Positions 55,747 to 64,000 of a DNA stretch of 64,000 nt are shown here, piece by piece. The DNA comes from Auanema rhodensis. Lineage: Eukaryota > Animalia > Nematoda. A program made the translations under genes and the position numbers. Positions within the stretch are counted from its first letter, which is position 1. Each line of letters begins with the position of its first letter. Location: contig OZ059897.1 in the NCBI GenBank assembly GCA_964057225.1, positions 7,254,001 through 7,318,000 of the forward strand. Direction: 5' to 3'. A model generated the notes under the pieces. It had not been told where the DNA came from. It worked only from the letters and a program-made list of their open reading frames with translations, and did not search any database.

Positions 55747-56788
55747 ATGAATCTTATGGAAGTGATTAAAATTGCCTCAACTGAAGAAAAGTCCATAGAA
55801 TTTTCGCAAAGTTATAACATTTTGCCAAAAGAAAAATTGTGCTGCAAATATGAAGTTTATGATGAGTGGAAGAGCTCGATTTCGCTGTAGAAGATGTAAA
55901 AAAGAAAAATCGCTGAAATCTTCAACATTTTTAGAAGGTTACTTATATAAAAAAACATATTATAACAAAAAAATTAATTTAGGAAGTAAACTCAAATACA
56001 GCACTATTATAATGTTCATCTGTGCTTGGGCAAAAAATTTCCTCAACTGGAAGTTTGCCCATGAAGAACTCGATATTGGTTTCATGCCGACATTTCTTGA
56101 TTGGACCAACTATTTGAGAGAAGCGTGCACTTTTAAACATCTGATGAACAAGGAAAAAATTGGAGGACCAAAATAAATCTGCACGCAGTAGAAAAATTTT
56201 AAAAAATGCCGTTAGTTTAAAATATTGTAAGTAATTCGAAAAATGAAATAATTTTAAAATGAATCTTATGGAAGTGATTAAAATTGCCTCAACTGAGGAA
56301 AAGCTGTAGAGATTGATGAAACTTTGGTTGCACGTAGGAAGTATAATACGCGTAGGGCAATTAACCAAATTTGGGTTTTTGGGGGCATATGTAGGAAAAC
56401 TAGGAAATGCTTTCTTTATAGGGTTGAAAATAGAAACGCAGAGCTTTTAAAAAACTCTATAAAGAAGGCTATTCATGAGGGGACCACTATTATTTCGGAT
56501 TGTTAGAGGGGTTATATGGGCTTAAGTAAGATGGGGTACAAGCATCTAACCGTCAATCATTCGACAAATTTTGTCAATCCTGACACTGGTGCTTGTACAA
56601 ATATGGTAGAGGGATTATGGTCTCAGACCAAGCACAAACTTAAAGCTATGAATGGCGTACCTGCGCATTTTATTGAATCTAATTTATGTGAATTTGTGTA
56701 TAGACAAAAAAATAAGAATAATGACATTTTCGATTGTATTTTAAAAGATATTGCTTTTTTTGCTGAAAATAACTTTGAATTAGAATAA
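55747..56788 (+). mobile_element. Merlin/IS1595 (ISXO2-like) transposase pseudogene (frameshift, internal self-duplication, premature stop)
   Basis: FRCRRC...STFLEG, KIGGP, AVEIDET, RRKYN...WVFGGICR, GTTIISDC*RGY (expected W is TAG), HLTVNHSTNFVNPDTGACTNMVEGLW. Confidence 0.9.
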
Positions 56789-56966
56789 ATATAATTATAT
56801 TCAAAATCGATGTTAATGTTTTGATTTTTAAGTATGCTTCTATACATCTCGGATACCCCCCCAGACCTACCGGGTTTGACATTGGGCACTCCCGCTGTAG
56901 ATTTATATGCAGTGCCCAAAAACGAACTTTCTGATAAAATCTAAACTTTTTCGTCTCATCTTCTTA

Positions 56967-58139
56967 TTACTTCATATCACCTTCAAGAATTCTAGAATTA
57001 AACATATCTGGATATTCATACCACTTGACAAATAACTTTTTAACTTTGTTTCTAGTTCTATGTTTCAATACCTTCTCGATTTTGAACTCCTCTTTAGTCT
57101 TATTGTTAAGTGTAAGTTCTTCTTCATAAAACTTTCCTTTAATTTCCTCATCGGCTAAGTCATTTAAGGAATACATAATTATACCATCTCTTCCAGATGG
57201 GTGAATTTCTGAAATCTTGAATTGTTCAGTACTCCAATTAGGTAGATATCCTTTATCAAAAATAGCTTTATATTTAGTAGTTCGGACAGTATCTCCTACT
57301 TTGAATTTCACTTTGTGTACTTTGTGTGAAGTTTTTAGACCTTCTAAATTGGTGGGTCCTAGATTCTTTTTTATAGGAAATAGATTATTGTAAACAATAC
57401 TTTCGTTTTCTATCTTTGAAGAATGTATGGGAGTCATTTTAATTGAAGTGTGATAATGATTGTTATATCCACTAACAAGATCATCTAGGATATCTATCCA
57501 TTTATGATTTCCTTGATGAGTAAACATTTTCCACAATTTTTCTTTTAACGTTCTGTTAAATCTCTCAACAATTGAAGCTTTTTTATCTGAATAAGTTGAG
57601 AAGTGATTAATTTTTAAAGATTTAAATAGTTTATTCATATTCGTATTATAATATTCTTTTCCATTATCAGTTTGCATTTTTTTGGGTTTTCCTTTAGTTT
57701 TATTCATGATGTTTTCAAGAGCATCAGAGGTTTCTTTAGCACTTTTTGTTTTTAATTTTTCGACCCAAGCATAGTTACTAAAACAATCTATGACAGTTAG
57801 AAGATACCTGAAGCCATCATTTTCTTCTGAATATGGAATCATTTCTACAAGATATGATTGCCATTGATCATCTATCCCACTGAAGTAAACTTGTTGACTC
57901 TTGAAGTTCTTCCTAGCTGGTTTGTGTAGAGTGTAAACATCTTGTTGATGCAAAAATTTTTTCACTTCTCCGATTGGAAGCTTCGTTTGACGTTGTAATT
58001 CATTGATGCCACAAAACCCTGATTCAGGAGAATAGTAAGTTTTTTCTAAAAGAATTTCAGATTTTTTGTCTAATGATTCATCTGGGTGAGATTCATCTTT
58101 TTCATAATCAACGTGGTCCGAGCTTATGTTATAGGTTAA
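56967..58139 (-). mobile_element. Maverick/Polinton-type retroviral-like integrase with C-terminal chromodomain; isolated fragment, probably inactive
   Basis: YTLHKPAR, YLLTVIDCFS, QTDNGKEY, KASIVERFNRTLK, YNNHYHTSIKMTP, KFKVGDTVR, FDKGYLPNWSTE, chromodomain KIEKVL...VKW; frame open to 58139 with no ATG before the catalytic core. Confidence 0.88.
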
Positions 58140-58401
58140 TCAACGTATTCTAAGTATAATGATAACAAAAATTAAAAATATTATGTGATAATAGAATATA
58201 AAATCAAAATAATTATTTTATAACAGAAAAAGTGATTAGAAGCATAAATATGATGTGATAATCGACAACATATCTCTTACTTATCAACAAAAAATTAATT
58301 TTTGGACCAAAAAGTGACGATAAAGATTTCAATTGGAAGTATATAAACCACCCAATTCTTCATAGTTCAACCCAAATCATCTTCTTCAATCGTCTTCAAG
58401 A

Positions 58402-58637
58402 ATGCGATACTGTTTCCTTCTAGGCTTCATCCTTCTTGCCGTTGTGCCAGCAGAGGTGAGGCAGTACAGTTGCAGAGTTTCATACTGTACTTCTTCAATG
58501 CTTTAGGCTAAACCTGTTGACACTATAGATGGAGTGGATTTTACTCAACCAGCAACTAATAAGCAAATGGAATGTTTGAAAGAGAATAAGATTGATAGAG
58601 CTTTCATCAGGTAACATCCACAATCAAAGATTTTCTC

Positions 58638-58698
<61 letters not shown>

Positions 58699-59435
58699 AA
58701 CTTCTAAATATATTTCAGAGCTTATGTTCCATTAAACGGAGGAATGTTTGATAGTAATGCTTGTAATACTTTGTTAAATATTTATAGTAAGTGGTGTTAT
58801 TCCTTATTGGAAAGATAAAATGAAATTTTTTCTTTTCTAGATGACTTCTACGCTCAGATTTACATGGTACCATCACCTAAAGGATCTAAGAGTGGAGCTG
58901 ATCAGTTTAATGAAATGTACAATGGATTTGATAATTGTGGTTCAAATCAAACATTTTTCTATTTACATGTAATAGTTTTAATAGAAATCAAAGATGATTT
59001 GTTCATTTTCAGGTTACATCTCCACAGAATTGGAATGCTAACCCAACTGCTAACATCAAATTCTTGAAAGATGTAGTTGTTGCTGCTAATCTTAAGGTTA
59101 GAAATCTAATTCAAATGAAATATTTTACATTTGACACAGGGCTGGGACGTTGCTATTCATACTGATCAACCAAGTTGGACAGCCATCACCAACAACATGA
59201 ATTATCATGATTTACAAGCTAAATCTACAATCAATTTGTGGTATTTCTTATTAGAAAATGTTTGAATCTTTCGTATTTCAATAGGGTTGCTAATGCACAA
59301 GCTCCACAAAATTTGGGAGATTTCAAGCCATTTGGTGGATGGACAGCTGGTGATGTTCTTGCCATGCAATATGATAAACCTATTACCGTTTGTGGAGTAG
59401 CCTGTAAGCAGGATAAGCTGTTTACAAGAAAATAA
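58402..59435 (+). CDS. Protist-type (GH25-like, lys-family) lysozyme, paralog 2
   Basis: Signal MRYCFLLGFILLAVVPAE; GVDFTQP...ECLK...FIRAY...GGMFD; KSGADQF; YLHVTSPQNW; FKPFGGW; VCG; same intron pattern as the 38.5 kb gene; TATA (gtatataaa) at ~58339. Confidence 0.88.
58634..58696. repeat. (CT)n microsatellite in lysozyme intron
   Basis: About 30 CT units with one interruption. Confidence 0.95.
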
Positions 59436-59608
59436 AGTTAGAATAATCGTTGTTTATTCTCTTCTTTTTGAAAAATAAAACTTGAAAATGCTTTTTCTTC
59501 TTCTTTTTCTTCGATGCAAATGAATTTGATACAATCAGTAGCTGATATACAGATGAGATCAGAAGTACTCTTATCACGTAATCCCATATCTATCTCTCTG
59601 AACCCTGA

Positions 59609-60180
59609 AGAGCTTATACCTCAACTAATCAGAATTCCTGGAATACAATCCAAGTTGGGATGAAAACTAAGAATTTTGAGTTTTTCTATTGGAAGAACAA
59701 CCGCTCATCGTTGTCTCGAAACGAAAAATGAAAATTTGAATTTGAATTGTTGGTTTCTAACTCTTATCCTTACATGATAACATCGCCCCAAGGATCAAGT
59801 ACATACAGCTTTCAATGTTAATCACAAAACTCTATTCACGTTCAGGTTGCATCATCACATGCTTAGTATCTAAACTCCGCTGACAATTAGACTTAAATAT
59901 ATTCAAATTTTGTAATTATTTTTTTTTAAATTTAAAAATTTGAAAAATTAGCATATTTTTTCGAAATTCCCACGGGTAGCCACGTTTCAATTGACACATC
60001 TAATATAAACCACAAAAATTTAAATGATCCCTTCAGTTATCAAAGGTATTTCTTTCATTATAACTGAACTTATCCAATTCTTATAGACCGGCTAATGCTG
60101 ATAAAGCAAAAAATTCCTCTGAATTTGTCCCATTTGGTAAATGAACAGACGACGATTATATCGTTCAATATGCTATATAA
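59609..60180 (+). pseudogene. Decayed tandem lysozyme copy
   Basis: Fragments AYTSTN, MITSPQGS and PANADKAKNSSEFVPFGK*TDDDYIVQY match lysozyme-2 exons AYVPLN, MVPSPKGS and VANAQAPQNLGDFKPFGGWTAGDVLAMQY in order, with stops. Confidence 0.65.
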
Positions 60181-60365
60181 TATTAAAATTTCAATCTCCC
60201 ACTATTTCTATTTATTTTAATCCGAGTATTATTTATTTATTCAATTAGTTTCTTTTTGTAATATATTGTATTTATATTTTTGAATTAAGGTTTGCAAAGT
60301 TTATATGCTCTAAAATAGACCTGAATATAATTATAATTCCATAAAAATAATATAAATAATATAAT

Positions 60366-62010
60366 TTAAATTGGATGAACAGTACTACGAGTTGTTGTTA
60401 GTGTAGATGATTTCTGAATTTTAAAATAATTTAGATGAATCTGTGGACAAACCTTTGATGCAAATGATGCTTTCAGAACCAATTTTTCCTTGACACCCAC
60501 TAGATTAAGAAAATCTAAATAGAAGGAGTTAGTTAAGAGTTCGTGTTATTTGCAAAAAAAATGAGAATACCTTGCATGAATTGAGTTAATAAAATATTAT
60601 TAAGAACTATAATCCCTATTGTATTAGCTATACCATGCAATTGCGTACATGTAATCAATAAATGGGAAATATCTGAAACTTGGGTAATTTATGTTGAATA
60701 CCAGAGTTTCATTCCAGATACCTAACGGTACAGGGATATCTAAGATCATAATCACTAATATCACTAAACTGGGACAAGCAATAAAACTGGAAGGAACTAA
60801 TGTCTGAAAGTAAGTAGCTTAAGAAATTGAAACGGAGGCTCCAAATAAATTATATAAAATAATTTTAGTTTTCTTGAAACCGAGAGAGAGAGAGAGCAGA
60901 CCTGTAAGCTTGATCTCTGCATTTCACCCTTCTCCCTTTCAAGCAGGGTACATTTATTCAAAATGTGCTTAATTTACACAACTTGGCTCTTTGTTTCATA
61001 CTTTTTCAACTAAAAAAAACATCACTGTGGTTATCTATTCCTCAAAATACAAGATTGATTTACTCTAGCCGCCTATGAATGCATTCCAAATCAGTCTCAC
61101 TTCAAACATAAAAACCATAAGCTTCTACCTGAATTTCCAGAACCCGTAGTAGCTTTTGATGAAGCAAAGCAGTTTTCTTCGACATTGATAGCTTCTGAAT
61201 TTCCAAATTTCGCAAAATAAGAAATTTGAAAGTGTATAAGAAAACAATCAGTGATCCATTGATCGCTCCATTAATAAAAACTTCAAGTTGTAGTGAAAGT
61301 TCGTTGTAGAGGCGGCCCATATTAGCTGCATTCGGAATTTTAAGTAGAATGGAGTATGCTGGACATGACTACAACAACATGAAGATAAAACGGAAAATTT
61401 CACACAGTAGAACATACTTTAACCAAAATTTCCAAGTTACTACATATAGGTGGAGAAAATATTCTGATAATAAGAAATGGAACAGTATGAAACGCAACAA
61501 TAAGCAGGATTCCGAAGCGGAAAAGCCAAGAGTTGCTATCAGAGTTACCAGTTCGAACTATCCAATATCGGTAGAAGAATAGAATAACACAAATAGCATA
61601 GCTGACAAAATGGACGAATAAGTTTAAATAAACTTGATTTGGAAATGAAATATTCAAATAAGTTAGAAGACCAATACTATATCCAGATATTATAGGTAGG
61701 TAATATACAGGAGTCTACAAATAACTTTTCCTTTAAATCTTTCTTTTTTTTCTTTCAGTATTACGGCTAATAAGGTGACAAAAATTCCTGATATCGTACT
61801 GGAAATATGATAAACATAGATATAATGCTTGAAAGTACCATAATCTTCAGCAAGAGTTCGTGATATCAGACGTGAGCAATAGATTCCAAAAAATAGTGTA
61901 AGTGTACCGATTAGATAAGAAGAAAATAAGAACCATGACTTAGCTTCTGGTACAACATTTTTTGGGCAATATCCAAGCTTGTATACCGAGAAGTTGGATT
62001 CAGGTAACAT
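60366..62010 (-). CDS. Serpentine 7TM chemoreceptor, Srh/Str superfamily (paralog 3)
   Basis: MLPESNFSVYKLGYCPK..., LFFYRYW, MSKKTALLHQKLLRVLEIQ, QLHGIANT, ends STVHPI*. Confidence 0.85.
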
Positions 62011-62291
62011 TCAGCAAATACCTTTAACCGAATTAAGACAATTACGAGTGACACAAGTGATTTATTGAAATATAAGATTGTATTTCATAGTTTCAGAAAA
62101 TATTGTGGTTAAGAAAATACAATTTAAACATATTACATTGTTCACATTTTAAAATTAAAAAGTGGACTCTTATATATACAGAAGTACTTAAATACAAAAT
62201 GGCAAAAGACATATGAAAACCAAGTTATAAAATTTGCAGCTTTAAAAAAACTCTTCAATTTTTTAATAAGAATTGAACAAAACAAAAACTT

Positions 62292-62364
62292 AGCCCCGTA
62301 GGGGGCTCGAACCCCTGACCGTTAGATTAAAAGTCTAACGCTCTACCAGCTGAGCTAACGAGGC
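62292..62364 (-). tRNA. tRNA-Lys (anticodon TTT), identical to the copy at 35341
   Basis: Reverse complement matches 35341-35413 base for base. Confidence 0.97.
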
Positions 62365-62973
62365 TACGGACACATCTGATTTTGTTTCATTTGGTAATGT
62401 TTTCAAACTGTTGCATCAACAGAAGTTTTGTATCTCTACAGTATTAGAAAGGCACATCGTCAATATGAATTAATACAGATCAACAAGTAAAAATGATTCT
62501 ATACCATTACGATATGGGGGGGGGGGGGGGGGAGATAGCTGAAAACATAAGTACTAATAATTAAATAATTATAAGATCAAATATTCTTAATATTAATATA
62601 TTTTGCTTATATATATATTTGCACTGATAACATAATGTATTGAAACCACCAATATATTAATTTCACACGATGCCTTGATCGTAAATTATTCGCATATTTC
62701 TTAATTTTAAAAAATAATTAATATTTCATCTCAACATTTCTTTAACTACTCTTCGTTATTTTTAATGAAAATCTATTAATACAATTTAATTTGATTTGAT
62801 TAATGGTTTTATAATGTACGATTCAATTAAAGAAACTATGGAGTTCAATATAACATTTGAGAGCAAACAAACGAAAGTTACATAGAACAACTGAAACATA
62901 CCCGTCTGATATTGTACATAAAGCAATTTTGAAAGAGAAAATATCATAATATGATAGGTTTTTTGCATCAGCT

Positions 62974-64000
62974 TTAGAACTTTCGATCAAATCGATGTCT
63001 GCGTAATTCTGATGTCCAGGCAGCAAATTCAACAATATTCAGAATATCCGAAACTTCAATGTTATCCGTTGATAGAAATGTAATGTCCTAATGATATATT
63101 ATTGTATTTCATCAAATTTATCAAAATCTTACTGTAATTGCCGATACTAGAAGTGATATTTTAGCTATTCGTACTGCTACTTCTGCTTCACTTCTACCTT
63201 CTGAACAAGCATCTGACAACAGGCCAATATACTTATCACGAGCTTGATTAAGAATATGCAATGAGGTAGCACTCACAAAAGGAACATCTAAAGCTTTATT
63301 ATATAATTATTTCGTCATCATGAACAACTTGTCACTCACAATCAGCAAATATGACAAACACTGAGCCGACCATTATCTCTTCTTCTGTTAAATGCAATTT
63401 TTTTAAAGGACCCGCCAATGTTTCTAGTGATTTTTGGGAAACTCCTCTATAAATTTTATGAATTTTTCATAAAAACTTTAATATTGAAATCCTACGTATT
63501 ATCAGGAAATGCTTGTTCCGACTTTATAGCTGAATGATATGTTCCATTAGCATAGCAGACTCCATTACAATTCGATTTTGCTGTCCAATTAGTTACGAGC
63601 CACCAGTAAAAAGCTGCAAACCGGGATTTCGCAACATTCATCTGAAATATTGGGCACATTTTCTCTTAAAGCTTGATCAGCATTAAGCTCACTCTATCCT
63701 CTTCATCTAAAGCTAAAAATTCGGGCAAATGATTAAGAACATCAGAGAAGAGTACGAAATTTCTGTTAAAATCTCCGAGAACATCTTTGATTGTAGCTGG
63801 TCTTTCACCAGTTGGGTTTAACTAAAGAAAACTGAATTAGCTGCAAAGTTTACTTCATACTATTTACTTTTGTTCTTTGAGATACAATGTGAGGATTATA
63901 GAAAGCGACTTGAAAAGGATAGCTGGCATTTGAAGAATATTCAGCGATATCATCAGTTCGATTGAAAATATCACGAAGCATTTTACTAAACTCCGTCAGA
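62974..64000 (-). CDS. Nuclear hormone receptor, ligand-binding-domain exons (5' part outside window)
   Basis: PTGERPATIKDVLGDFNRNFVLFSDVLNHLPEFLALDEEDR|MNVAKSRFAAFYWW...LAGPLKKLHLTEEE...ARDKY...RIAKISLLVSAIT|...RKF*. Confidence 0.8.

Noticed and set aside
54632-56788. Bacterial contamination or recent HGT of IS1595 elements
   Set aside because: Merlin is the established eukaryotic branch of this family; the copies are AT-rich, appear intron-bearing and are embedded among nematode genes
56882-56919. ttgggcact...agtgcccaa hairpin as a transposon terminus
   Set aside because: No matching partner or target-site duplication found at the other side of either element

Overview
This is eukaryotic DNA from a compact, AT-rich nematode genome (clade V/rhabditid-like, judged from gene content and ~40-50 nt introns). 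Most ORF-track entries are exon fragments or noise; gene models below were spliced by hand, so coordinates are start/stop spans. Bases 1-42 kb are gene-dense: a minus-strand cluster ADPGK, art-1 and ppp-1 head-to-head with LUC7L3; a SET-domain methyltransferase; a CPG4-domain gene with a BEL/Pao remnant in an intron; MCAT; an orphan membrane protein; an IQCA1/DRC11-like IQ+AAA gene; stc-1/HSPA13; X-box-preceded WDR31; RNF170; Di-Ras; tRNA-Lys; a C-type lectin/lysozyme pair; and DPH2. Bases 42-62 kb are an accessory region. A ~290 bp near-perfect inverted-repeat pair encloses a 6.7 kb 200-bp satellite (with a 600-bp higher-order repeat) and an apparently intact Srh-type chemoreceptor. The region also holds two more chemoreceptor paralogs with mosaic identity, two head-to-head decayed Merlin/ISXO2 transposases, a Maverick/Polinton-type chromodomain integrase lacking its first catalytic Asp, a second lysozyme plus a lysozyme pseudogene, and an identical inverted tRNA-Lys. 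A nuclear hormone receptor is truncated at the right edge. At least four GC-AG introns are forced by reading frame. All homology calls are from recognised motifs; no database search was run.
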